Under the pieces are notes generated by a model. That model did no database searches and had not been told where the DNA came from. It was given only the letters and a program-made list of their open reading frames with translations. From NCBI RefSeq assembly GCF_009914755.1, contig NC_060928.1: a stretch of 64,000 nt of DNA. The stretch is one strand, 5' to 3'. Positions within the stretch are counted from its first letter, which is position 1; each line of letters opens with the position of its first letter. This document shows positions 43,201 through 55,753 of this stretch, one piece after another. The stretch is from the human T2T-CHM13v2.0 reference genome, Homo sapiens. Position numbers and translations under genes: made by a program.

Positions 43201-43326
43201 TCTCAGTGTTTCTGCTTCAGAGGGAACTGGGGGCCTGTGCTAGTTCCAGCTATGGGACTTAACTTTCAAGTAACCTTATGTTTCCTTCAAATAATTTTTT
43301 CATCTATTACAAAAGAATTAATGCAA

Positions 43327-43468
43327 GCTGGGGACACAATGTCATAGGGTGTAGTCTCAGCTACTTGGGAGGCTGAGGCAGGAGAATCACTTGAGTTCAG
43401 GAGTTTGAGTCTAGACTGGACAACAGAGTGACAACCCTATCTCTAAATAAATAAATAAATAAATAAAT
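43327..43468 (+). mobile_element. FLAM (free left Alu monomer) with (TAAA)n tail
   Basis: tgtagtctcagctacttgggaggctgagg...caggagtttgag. TSD aagaattaatgcaa (43313-43326) and aagagttaatgcaa (43469-43482). Confidence 0.9.
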
Positions 43469-45329
43469 AAGAGTTAATGCAAGGGAAATTCACTATAGAA
43501 AAAGATATATATTAATAAATCTATATGAATATAAATTTATCTGTGTCTTTTATTTGTGCATTCCTTAAGTTCCACCTATATAAAGAAAATGTAGATCGTG
43601 ACTACTCACATATAACATCAGGTCTATGAATTAGAATAATAAACAGTGAAAACCATCAAAGCCAATTTCCTTAACAATGTTTAGATCTTACCTATTTCTG
43701 TAATTGTTTTATCAGTCATGCCCTAACTGTAATAAACTCAGTGGCCATTTGTACATAGATATATACACAGATACTGCTATATATTACTATAAGTACATTT
43801 TAAAAAATTATAATTGACAATTCCATAGAAAAAGATTTTAGGCTAAATTTGCTACAAAATTAGTTACTTCTTGAATTGACCTCCATATAGCCAGTTTGAA
43901 TTGAAAGCGGAATTCATGCAAATTATAAAATTTATTTTAATATAAAACAACGTTAAAAGGGGGTACTTATCCATATATTTAAGGAAATAGAATAAAAGGG
44001 ACACATATTACTTTAAAAATGAGATCATTTCTTCAGTAAACCAGAAGCTGTTACCACACCTTAGTGTTTGATATGTGTCTGCTAATAAAACTCTTCACTG
44101 AGCCAGAATATCTCACAGTCAACACTAATGTCTAAACATCATTGCTGAACTAATTTCCAAGGTATGTATGCAAATGACTGATTGACAAAAGATTGAAACA
44201 TTTGCAGATACAAAAAACAAGTTTGACATTCAATAAAATTTTAGGTATATCAATTAATAAACTGCAATTCCACACAATATTAAGAATAATGCCTGAATAA
44301 TAGTTCAGTTTTTCTAGTAATATTCTGTTAAAATCATTTTCATAATTTGAACAATATTTTTATATTTATAGATGTAATCACTTAAAAAGAGGCAATAAAT
44401 TATATAAATATTCATAATATTTATGACACGGATGCACAAACATAACTTTCTTATATTTGTCTTGTGACTGTCTTTGAAAAGTTCTATTACCCTGGACATG
44501 ACAGTAGTTTTAGTATTAACATAATATTAAGAATGTAAAAATGTATCTTCATCCATATAATATGATCTTGTGATCAGTAAATCATAACAATAATGGAATC
44601 ACCTTAGAAAATTTAGTTTAAGAAACATTTTTTAAAACCTTCAGATTTCACATAAAGTAAATATTTAGCTACATTAACACATACACACATACACACCCCT
44701 TGCTAACAATTTTCCCTCTGATATAGACAGAATACATTTCTGTATCTTCCTCATTAACTAGCAACCTTCTATCATGCAAATCTAGCCATTTATCATTGTG
44801 TCTCACTATCATACATCAAAATCTACTTTTTAAAATGAACTGATTTTACTCATATAAATCTGCTCAAAAGTATTTTGCATTTTTTCACAGAAGCTGTAAT
44901 AGGCACATTCTCATATACTCCTATTAGAGGCCCTCCAAAATGAACATAGTCTAAATTATTGTTCTTGCATACCCTGCTGCAGAGGTTACAAATGTTTAGC
45001 TTCATTTTTACTTATCTTGTCCAAGGTAAAACAAGTATCATCGTCATTGTTGAATTGTATAGTGTGCCAGATCTGCAGTGTGATCTAAAACTAATATTGT
45101 CAGTGATGACCCTAGTCAAGAAAACTACAGATTGTATTTATTAACTTATTTTTAAACGTGTAATCATTTTAAAAGTTTTTGATCCAGCTTTATTACCTTT
45201 AGAAATTGTAGAATAGCAGTGATTAAAAGATAAATGTTACTTTTATAGAAAATGTAGCATAGCACTTTATTTCTGATATGTGTACAACGTTTGAGTTAAT
45301 ATACTGTAAAGCAAATAAAGATAGGTAAA

Positions 45330-45515
45330 TATGTAGTACATGTGTATTTGGCATTGTTCTAGATTCTCTTATGCACATAGGACAACTAATTAAATTCTGT
45401 TATGTAGGTGATTTTTAAAAATTTATAAATAAATTATGGCTCAGAGCATCTAAGTAACTTTCTCAAGGTTATGCAACTAATAAATTGGTCTGACTGAGTG
45501 TATTTGGCTTTTCAC
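45330..45515 (-). mobile_element. MIR fragment
   Basis: aaattatggctcagagcatctaagtaactttctcaaggttatgcaactaataa is MIR core. Confidence 0.65.
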
Positions 45516-45889
45516 AACAGTATGGTACTCAAGAAAACACATGTCAAATGTGTATACAATGCACATTTGTATACACATATGTGTATGTGTATATTTTCTT
45601 GTATCATACTGCCTATAAGTACGTAATCCCACAGGCAGTATGTTACAAGTAAATATGCACATATAAATTTGTGCACACCTCTATAGAGACACACACTTTC
45701 ATTTACATTTTAACCTAATTTTAGTTTCAAATTTTTCAAAAATGGCTTTTCAATTACAGAAAGGAAAATGCTTCATATACTTCAAAGCTATCTACTAATG
45801 TATATCATGTTATTTATAGTCAGTAATGCTTATTCTTTGACTGGTGTTTGTAAATCTAATACATACTCACCAATATATAAAGAGACAAC

Positions 45890-46025
45890 ATGATGTAATA
45901 TAACAAGCATAGGTGGTAGAGAGAACAAAGTGGACCTGCCTTTTCCCAGTTGAGTGATAATCAGTAATTCACATAGTCTTCCTCATACGAATGGTCATCA
46001 CTTATAAAATCAAGATACTAATGCA
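45890..46025 (+). mobile_element. MIR fragment interrupted by MER44B (probably continues ~46744-46810)
   Basis: Degraded MIR-like sequence on both sides of the transposon (agatgcttaataaattttgcttat). Confidence 0.4.
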
Positions 46026-46027
46026 TA

Positions 46028-46741
46028 CAGTAGTCCCCTTTTATCCATTGTTTTGCTTTTTGGAGATTCAGTGACCTCTTGTCGGCCACAGTTTAAAAGT
46101 AATAAATAGAAAATTCCAGAAATAAACAATTCATGAGTTTAAAATATGTTGTTCCAAGTATAACGATAAAATCACACTATCCCTTTCCTGCCCAGGACAT
46201 GAATCATCCGTTTGTCAAGCATACCTGTGCTGTCTATGCTACCTGTTAGTCACTTAGCATCTGGCTGGGTGATCAATCAAATCAACTGTCTCAGTATTAC
46301 AGAGCTTGTGTTCAAGTCACCTTTACTTTACTTAATAAAATTTTCAAAGTGCCAGAGTGGTGATGCTGGCAACTTTGATATGCCAAAGAAACGCTGTAAA
46401 GTGCCTCCTTTTAGTGAAAAGGTAAAAGTTCTCAATTTAAAAAGGAAAGACCAAAAATCTTATGGTGAGATTGCTAAAAACTATGGTAAGAATGAATCTT
46501 AGTCATGAAGAAGGAAAAATAAACTTGTGCTAATTTTGCTGTTGCACTTCAAATTGCAAAAGTTGTGGCCACAGTGTGTGATAAGTGCTTAGTTAAGATG
46601 GGGAGGAATTAAATTTGTGTGTGGGAGACATGAACAGAAATGTGCCCCAACTGATGTAATCAGGGTTGGTATTATCCACTGTTTCAGACATCCACTGGGG
46701 GTCTTGGAATGTATTCCCCCATGGATAAGGAGGGACTACTG
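46028..46741 (+). mobile_element. MER44B (Tigger7-derived) DNA transposon, complete
   Basis: Terminal inverted repeats cagtagtccccttttatcca / tggataaggagggactactg; TA TSDs at 46026-27 and 46742-43; residual transposase HTH peptide MPKKRCKVPPFSEKVKVLNL...SYGEIAKNYGKNES. Confidence 0.92.
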
Positions 46742-49199
46742 TACCTTTCAATGTGGGTTGAAGCTGTACATTACAGAGTATAGATGCTTAATAAATTTTG
46801 CTTATAATAATCCCATCATCATCACCATGATAATTATCAACAGTAATTATTATTGATAAAAAAAATCAGAGTAAAATTTCTGTCCATAGAAAAGATCTCT
46901 AGTGTGGCCTGCTATATTCTCATTCCTAGAGCTCACTTCTTATAGGATATGTAGTATTCTGAGTGATCCAGCAATTCTAGTGCTGAAACAGAAGACTGTT
47001 TTCTTTAGTCCTATTTTTTGATAACAATTTCATCTTACACTCAATAGAACATTTAATTTTATGAAAGGCTATTAACTCTATAATTTATCTTCAAAATAGC
47101 ATGTGCATTTAACAGGAGCAAGTTTTATAAATTTTTTAATGGAGTGAATAGAGGCTTACAGAAATGAAATTTCCACTTAGATCTCTATGTTACTAGAAAC
47201 CCAGGATTTCTAGGTTTTGCTCGTGTTTGTGTTCACATAACCATCAGTCACTTAATTTATCAATATTCTTATTCTTCTACCTTTATATTGCTCAGGATTT
47301 ATAAGCAAAGAATTACAAGTACATGTATAATATGCTGATAGTGAAGTATTTCTGATTTGTTTTATAACCCGTATGTGGTGTCAATGCTGAAAACCTTCCG
47401 ATCTCAGTTTTCCCTAACTTTAATTCAAGGAATGACTTTCCCCAGATCTAAATGACTGACACAAAGGGATGCTTTGCTTTAGTATTCAACTGCTTAAGTT
47501 TTCCTTCTCTGTCTTTGATGTTCTAAAAATAAGCTTCTATACAGAATATTTCTTCATTTTTGTTAATTTTTACATCACTATGTTTAACAATTACTAGGAT
47601 TTCAATAAACACTTCTATTAGTAAAATATTTTAATGCATACCAAAATGCATTTTGGTGCATTAGTAAAATATTTTGCATACCATTTTGCAAAGCATTTTG
47701 CATACTAATAGCGGTGTGTAGTGAAAATATATTCAGCTGAATATTTTACTACCATCCATGTGTTATTTTCTTTTTCTTTTCGTTGGAGGGTAAAAAATTG
47801 TAATTTATTGAAACTCAACTGGAAAAGTATCAGATGCTTCAGTGTACAATAAATTGCACAAAGCACCCTCAGGTGCATATTCAAGTCAAGTAAAAAATCC
47901 CTCCATGTCCCTTTCCCTAGCCCTCACACTCTTGAGATCTTAATATTTGTTCCATGTGCAATCATGCACACTTAATTTGAAAAAGAAAGCCCTGGTATAT
48001 TTTGATGTATTAATTAGCACCAAATGAGAACAGTTTCATTTTTTTAATAAAGAGAAAAACTCAATCAGTAAGACAACTGGAAAACAAACGGACTCAGCCA
48101 ATGCTGCTGACATAGATATTGTACATTCCCAGAAATACACAGGCTATTCTACCTAAACAACGGTGTGGCTGCTTTTCAGCCGTTGTTCATGTTGGCAATT
48201 GTCCTGTTTCTTAATTGCATTTATCCTTTTTAGAATGGCAGTGTGATTTCTCAGATTTACTGGTGCAATCACCTCCAAGTTCTGCAGAACAATTACCTTT
48301 TACTCTGTCTACTAAGCATGTTGTGATCACATTTTTTATTATCTAATAGTTTGTGAGTTGCTCTGAAAATTTCATTTTGATGTTTATTTTTATAATAAAT
48401 TCTAAGGTATACTTTTGCAATAAATGGGCCTTTGGCAAATAGGACATTGGCATGGTGAACTGAAGATTTGTTTCTTTTTAATAATTATGCTTTTAAAGAT
48501 AATGCATTAACAAAGCCTCTCTGGTCACAAATTCATATTTGCATCATTGAAGCTCACAGAAAAAAAGGTTAGCCTCCAACTGTGCAAGGTACTAAAGCCA
48601 ACTCTGATATCTTTCAGAAGAACCAATGGGTTTTTTGTTTCTTTCCTTCTTTCTTTTTTCTTTTCTTATGCTGATTTGTCAAATATCTTTTATATTGTTT
48701 ATCTTCCTTACGTTCATCATCATCACTAAGAAGTAACTCTAAAACATCTGTGGCATTAATAGACATTTCTTAGCTATTTTCTTCCTCAGGTTTTTATCTG
48801 GTTGCAAATACAGTTTTTCCAACATATTAAATCCATCCAAACTGGATTTAATTAAGAATTCTGTAAGCTGACAGGATCATCTAACATCTAAATATTCTGG
48901 TAAAAAAACAGGCAATTGTTTTACTAACTAATGCCTTCCTTTTGTCATTCTTACTTGATATGAGTTGAAGAGCTCTGAGACACAATAAAATCGACATCCC
49001 AAGACCAGCATCTTGTGCTTCAGTTTGTATAAATCTACTGAGGCAAAATAAATGCTTCTGTGTTTTAGCTACAAACTGACAACAGCAGTCCAAAAAAGTA
49101 TCTAAAGAAGGGTTGATTCTCTTTGCAGAGTACTCCAAAAGAGTCAGTTCCTAAGAACAATACACACTTGCAGTTTGGAGCTGCTGGGTAAGGTAAGTA

Positions 49200-49400
49200 G
49201 CACAAAGAACAAAGCCTCTGTAATACCAACCCTTAGATTCCAGGTTACATATGACGTCGATGATGTCTTTCTTGCAGCTGACCCTTGCAATCTCCTTAAT
49301 AGCATATTCATTAAGAGGCATGGAACATAATTATGTTACAAAGGGTTGTTGAAAAAATGACACATTTGAAATTTTTTAGATTTGGCACATAGTTTTAATA
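49200..49400 (+). mobile_element. MIR fragment
   Basis: Weak MIR-like motifs (gctgacccttgcaatctccttaa; aagggttgttgaaaa; ttggcacatagttttaataaa). Confidence 0.4.
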
Positions 49401-50277
49401 AAGCAGTAGCCTGGGGGATACAGTTAGATTTCAAGAAATGTTTTATTTGCATTTGCAGAAAGGAAGGGCTTTCCTGTGTAATCAATTTATTGACAAGGAT
49501 TTTAAAGACAGTAGTGCTCTTTCCTCTAAACTAGGCATTTCTCAAAGTGTGTTTCACCAACCAAAAGACCTGCAGGATAGTCTTCCCTCTGTTTCTACTG
49601 ACTGTTGAGACAGAATTTAAGAAAAACTTTTTTTTTCCACACCCTTTCCTTGGAAACATGAACCAATATTTGTAGGTTATTATTCTCAGATTGCAGTCAT
49701 TCATCATGTGACTACTGTAGAGACTGAACGAACAGCACCCAGACTTCACATGGCAGTTAATTTTCAGACACTGAAAGCAATAATTAAAAACAACTCAGTA
49801 CTATTCTGCCGAGCACTAAGAGGACATCTTCACATTCCTTAGTTAAATATGGACATGCACTGGCAAAGCTTTGGATGACAAGACAATATACCTCCTGATG
49901 ATATACAATATGCTCTCATGCATTTTGTTGCTTTCATATTGCAATAGGGTCTGGCAGAAGCTCTGGAAGTAGTTTAAAGCTGAGACCACAGACTCCTTTT
50001 GTTCTCTCAGCTCTGTCTCCAATTGCCACAGACATTATTGCAGTCCCAGAGATCGTGGCACCTGCAATTCAGGCAGATGATGCCTGCCATGGACTCTGTC
50101 TTGGCTCCACTTTGGTTCCCACTACCACAGGAACCTCAACCTCATCCCCCACACCATGGCAGCAGCATCTGCCTGCCCTCCATCTTCACACTGCCCAGGT
50201 TGTATTTTTCCTTCAGAATATATTTTAAAAGCTTTCTCTAGGTGGTTTCTAATTTTGATATTCTTTATCATGATTAC

Positions 50278-52555
50278 TGATATGATTTGGCTCTGTGTCC
50301 CCAACTAAATCTTATCTTGAATGGTACTCCCATAATTCCCACATATTGTGGGAGGGACCTGGTGGGAGACAATTTAAATCATGGGGATGGTTTCCCCCAT
50401 ACTGTTCTTGTGGTAGTAAATAAGTTTCATGAGATCTGAGTTTTATCAGGGGTTTACACTTTTGCATCTTCCTCATTTTCTTTTGCCGCCACCATGTAAG
50501 GAGTGCCTTTCACCTCCTGCCATGATTTTCAGGAATCCACAGCCATGTGGAACTGTAACTCCAATTAAAACTCTTTTTCTTCCCAGTCTTGGGTATGTCT
50601 TTATCAGCAGTGTGCAAATGGACTAATACAGTATGTTGGTACCAGGAGTGGGGTGTTGCTGAAAATATACCTGAAAATGTGGAAGCGACTTTGGAACTGG
50701 GTAGCAAGAAGAGTTTGGAACAGTTTGGAGGGCTCAGAAGAAGAAAGGAAACTGTGTGAAAGTTTGGAACTTCCTAGAAACTTGTTGAATGGCTTTGACA
50801 AAAATACTGATAATGATATGGACAATGAAATCCAGGCTGAGGTGGTATCAAATGGAGATGAAAAACTTGTTGGGAACTGGAGCAAAGGTGACTCTTGCTA
50901 TATTTTAGCAAAAAGATTGGTGGCATTTTGCCCCTGCCTTAGAGATTTGTGAAACTTTGAACTTGAGAGAGATGATTTAGGGTATCTGGCAGAATAAATT
51001 TCTAAGCAGCAAAGCATTCAAGAGGTGACTTGGGTGCTGTTAAAGATATTCAGTTTTAAAAAAGGAGCTGAGAATAAAAGTTCAGAAAATTTGCAGCCCA
51101 AAAATGTGACAGAAAAGAAATCTCATTTTCTGAGAAGAAATTAAAGCCAGCTGCAGAAATTTGCATAAGTAACGAGGAGCTGAATGCTACTCCCCAAAAC
51201 AATGAGGAAAATGTCTCCAAGGTATGTTGGAGTCCTTTGCAGCAGCCCCTCCCATCACAGACCCAGAGGTCTAGGAGGAAAAAATGATTTTGTGGGTAGG
51301 GCTCAGGGTCCCCATGCTGTGTGCAGTCTACGGATTTGGTGCCCTGCATCTCAGCCACTCATGCCGTGGCTGAAAGGGGACAACAAAGAGCTAGGGCCAT
51401 GGCTTTAGAGGGTGCAAGCCCCAAGCCTTGGCAGCTTCCACATTGTGTTGAGCCTGCAGGTGCACAGAAGTCAAGAACTGGGGTGTGGGAACTTCCACCT
51501 AAATTTCAGAAGATGTGTGGAAACACTGGGATGCCTAGGCAGAAGTTTGCTGCAGGGGCAGTGCTCTCATGGACAACCTCTGCTAGGGCAGTGCAGAAGG
51601 GAAATTGGGGTTGGAGTCTCCACAAAGAATCCTTACTGGGGCACTGCCTAGTGTACCTGTGAGAAGAGGGCCACAGTCCTCCAGACACCAGAATGGTAGA
51701 TTCATCTACAGCTTGCATCATGCACCTGGAAAAGCCACAGACACTCAATGCCAACCCGTGATAGCCAGGGGGAAGGCTGTACCCCGCAAAGCCACAGAGG
51801 CACATTTGCCCAAGGCCATGGGAACCCACCTCTTGCATTAGCGTGACCTGGATGTGAGAAATGGCATCAAGGGGATCATTTTGGAGCTTTAAAATTTGAC
51901 TGCCCCACTGGATTTTAGACTTGCATGGGCCCTGTTAATCCCTTTGTTGTGGCCAATTTCTCTCATTTGGAACAGCTGCATTTACCTAATACCAATACCC
52001 CATAGTATCTAGGAAGTAATTAGCTTGCTTTTGATTTTACACACTCATAGGCGGAAGGGACTTGCCTTATCTCAGATGAGACTTTGAACTATGACCTTTT
52101 GGGTTAATGCTGAAATGAGTTAAGACTTTGGGGGACTGTTGGGAAGGCATGATTTGTTTTGAAATGTGAGGATGTGAGACTTGGAGGGGACAGGGTTAGA
52201 ATTATATGGTTTGGCTCTGTGTCCCCTCCAAATCTCATCTTGAATTGTACTCCCATAATTCCCACGTGTTGTTGGAGGGACCCAGTGGGAGATAATTTGA
52301 ATCATGGGGGTGGTTTTACCCATATTGTTCTCATGGTGGTGAATAAGTCTCTTGAGATCTGATGGTTTTATCAGGGGTTTATACCTTGGAATCTTCCTCA
52401 TTTTCTCTTATTGGTGCCATTTAAGGAGTGTCTTTTGCCTCCTGCCATGATTCTGAGACCTCCCCAGCCATGTGGAACTGTAGGTCCAATTAAACCTCTT
52501 TTTCTTCCCAGTCTCGGGTATGTCTTTGTCAGCAACATGAAAACAGACTAATACA
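50278..52555 (+). mobile_element. Complete THE1A MaLR provirus (LTR 50278-50630, internal 50631-52201, LTR 52202-52555)
   Basis: Two ~354-bp LTRs ending gactaataca; perfect 5-bp TSD attac at 50273-50277 and 52556-52560; MaLR internal ORF remnant 50653..50952. Confidence 0.96.
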
Positions 52556-52829
52556 ATTACTTAATAAATATTTTAAGGTAATTTTTGTATATATGCTGAA
52601 ACATGTTCATTACATTTTATTTGGGCTACCTCATTACATTAAGTGGAATGATCATCATTTATTTATGATAAATAATTCTCTTTATTTATAGTAGATATTT
52701 TTCTTAATCATATTAAAGAATATTTTTTGGAAATTCAAAATGAGTTAGAACTAGTATTTTAGCAATTTTTAAGTTAAATTAACATAGCTATGAGTAACTA
52801 TGATAGTTGGCACCTTTTTGCTTACAAAG

Positions 52830-53270
52830 TGGTCATGTTACTTTGGTTTAATGTGATGGGAACTCTTCCTGAATCAGATTAAGCAAAGTTGACTCACTGT
52901 GATGAGTCTACTGGGTGCCTCTCTAGTGACCAGGAAACTGTTATGAAATTTATTATCTAAACACTGTTTTTCTTTTAGAAATGGATCTTGCCAAGCATCC
53001 TGGTTATTATAAGAATACCCTGAAACCAACAGATTTGAAGATCAACTAGAATGTATTTCTAAAGCTGTAAGGACCCTGTCTTTCCTGTTTCTCATTGTGT
53101 ATGGACTCTACTCTTACATTTGGCAGAATGTCTTTTCTTACATGGCAGAATACATGTCTCCAAACAGCTCCTGAATTTTCTGTCTGAGTTTCATCCACCT
53201 AATGATAGATATGTTTTTCTTTCAGTTTTTTAATTTTACAGCTATATCTGGGAAGGAAACATAATCAACT
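52830..53270. mobile_element. Possible old MaLR (MLT1-like) relic
   Basis: ttcttacatggcagaatacatgtctccaaacagctcctgaa resembles MLT1; weak. Confidence 0.35.
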
Positions 53271-53469
53271 AAGAATGACTCCGATGACTCCATAAGAACA
53301 ATTAGCATAAAATTTGTAAGCATGAATGCACAAATCACAACTCTACAATTAATTTAGTAAAACTACATATTATTTAAGGAGAATCAATTAGAGAAAGGAC
53401 TATAAGGGTTTTATTTTAGAAAAAATAAGCACGAACCATTAAGACATTAAGGAAAGTTCAAAATAATTT

Positions 53470-53915
53470 TTTTGTGGCTGATATTTTGAAATGGCTCTCT
53501 CAGCTCTAATAATAGCACTTTTTAAAATAAGTATACCTATAGTAAAGAAGATAGAGCTCTGAAAACTACATTTTCCAGCTTTTTAAGTTGAAGATGTGAT
53601 CCAGATCTGCCAAGATGAGAAAAATGGTCGACAATCGGAAAGAAATATTATAAACACTTCTTTTCAGCTAAATGGAGATGGCATTGGGTTTCTCTGGGGC
53701 AGCTCTGTTTGACCCTGTACTTTCCTGTCCTGCAAACATAAAGTTAAGTAGCAAGAGAACGTGGAACACAATTTTCTGTATAAAATGTGGAGAGTGTTTG
53801 ACTGGTTTTCTTTGTTTCTTCTGTTCCTTATTTAACCATAACCATATATTTAGTTTGTAGAAGCAAAACATTGCCTCTGTTTCATTATGTGACACCTCCT
53901 TGGAGGAACTGACTA
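53470..53915 (+). mobile_element. LTR33-like ERVL relic
   Basis: gaaaactacattttccagc...gatgtgatccagatctgccaa resembles the LTR33 core. Confidence 0.4.
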
Positions 53916-54823
53916 TGAATAAAAATAACAAAGGTAAAAAAGAATTAGGTCCTTGCAACAAGATAAATGCTGAACAAACTCAAGCTCAACTTTTCTTTGG
54001 TCCATCAGAGAAGTGAAGTCAGAACAAATCACTGAAAACTGCAGAGACAGGCAGATACAGAGAATGCACATCAACTTGCCTGATCTGTGAGAAACCACTG
54101 CAGCCAGTTCTTGATGGAAACCCTTAAATTATGATTTTATCAAGTTAGTGGAGATATGTGTGGACAAACTTGAGATCTAAAAACTCCCGGGGACCAGGCC
54201 TATAATGGGCCACCCATTTTCATGAGTTGTGCATCCAGGAGACCCACTACCTTCTCACAGTAAAATCAGAGAAAAAACCCCTCATGTTTATCCAGGGGGT
54301 AGAAATACTAACTATTTTGAATTACGACCAGGTGAAAAACAGCTATTATTTAAAAAGCCCAGGGAATTCTCACAACAAAATATTACTCAACAAGGAAATA
54401 TACATCAATAAAATTACTGGATTGGGAGTTGAAAATTACCCAAGCAATTCTCACTCTAGCCTTTCTGTATTATCTGAGAAACATTAAAAATAAGAAAAAA
54501 ATGCTGAGAAGTGCTTGCAAAGGTCAAAGCCCAGAGGCACAGAATTACTAAGACTGAGAACTAAGCAGGGAACTATAAACCCTTTCTCCCCCAACCCCAA
54601 TCCCATAAACACACTTTTTCACCACGTCAACAGGACTCCTCCTTATTAACAGTGGACTACAGCTGAAACAGCTGCAGGGGACAGAATCTATTTATGAAAG
54701 AGTTTTTAGAAAATCCAAACACAACAATAGAAACAAAAACAAAGTTACATGAGGACATAGAAACCTCAGTCATTTAATGCCTGCAGAAAACAGTAAACAC
54801 TGACTAACTCCTAGGCAGATACA

Positions 54824-54906
54824 TTAGGTTGGTGCAAAAGCAATTGTGGCTTTGGCCATTTTTAAAAAGTCATGGCAACACCACAATTACTTTTGCACTA
54901 ACCTAA
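54824..54906. mobile_element. MADE1 (Hsmar1-derived MITE)
   Basis: ttaggttggtgcaaaagcaattgtgg...ccacaattacttttgcactaacctaa, a near-palindromic ~80-bp element. Confidence 0.93.
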
Positions 54907-55456
54907 TACATAATACCTCATACTAAAGACCTATGTACTTCAGTTTCTATTACCTAATACCGATGCTCAGCTTTTAATAAAAAATTACAGGGACTGAGAA
55001 AAGATAAGAAGAAACACAATCTGAAAATGCAAAACAAGCTTTAAAATGAAACACAAATACGGCAGAGATTTTGGAATGATCAGACCAAGAATTCAAAATA
55101 GCTATAATTCATTGTCTAATGATTCTAATGGTAAAAGTGGACAATATTCAAGAATAGGAAAAAAAATACACACACATGAATAATATAAGCAGGGAGATGG
55201 AAACTCTAAGAAAGAAAGAAAAAAGAAATGCTAGAAATCAAAAGCACTGTAGCAGAAAATGAGGAGTGCTTTTGTCAGGTTTATCCATAGATTGAGCATG
55301 GCTGAGGGGAGAATAGTGAGCTGGAACATGTGTCAATAGACACTCCCTAGCCAAAATTAATGAGGAAAAAAAAAGAATAAAAATGGAGCAGAATATTCAA
55401 GAATTATGAGACAACTATAAAAGGTATAACATGTCTTTAATAATAATACCAGAGGA

Positions 55457-55753
55457 GGCTGGGCGTGGTGGCTCACACCTGTAATCCCAGCACTTTGGAA
55501 AGCCAAGGCAGGTGGATCACGAGGTCAGGAGATCGAGACCATCCTGGCTAACATGGTGAAACCCCATCTCTACTAAAAATACAAAAAAATTAGCCGGATG
55601 TGGTGGCACATGCCTGTAATCCCAGCTACTTGGGAGGCTGAGGCAGGAGAATCGCTTGAGAACCCAGGAGGCGGAGGTTGTGGTGAGCCGAGATCGTGCC
55701 ATTGCACTCCAGCCTTGGCAACAAGTGTGAAACTCCATCTCAAAAAAAAAAAG
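55457..55753 (+). mobile_element. Alu, mosaic of Sc/Y-like left arm and Sp/Sq-like right arm
   Basis: Full dimer with polyA. TSD aataccagagg at 55445-55455 and 55754-55764. Confidence 0.95.

Noticed and set aside
46212-46502. ORF with a CENP-B-like HTH as a possible domesticated transposase
   Set aside because: Only the N-terminal ~40 codons retained in non-autonomous MER44B, ending in a stop.
50653-51841. Cluster of overlapping 70-113 aa ORFs (also 12044-13139)
   Set aside because: THE1/MST internal sequence: broken remnants of the known MaLR ORF and GC-related chance frames.
52979-53066. Possible exon with ATG (MDLAKHPGYYKNTLKPTDLKIN*)
   Set aside because: Weak donor (GCT|gtaagg), early stop, and probably within an old LTR relic.
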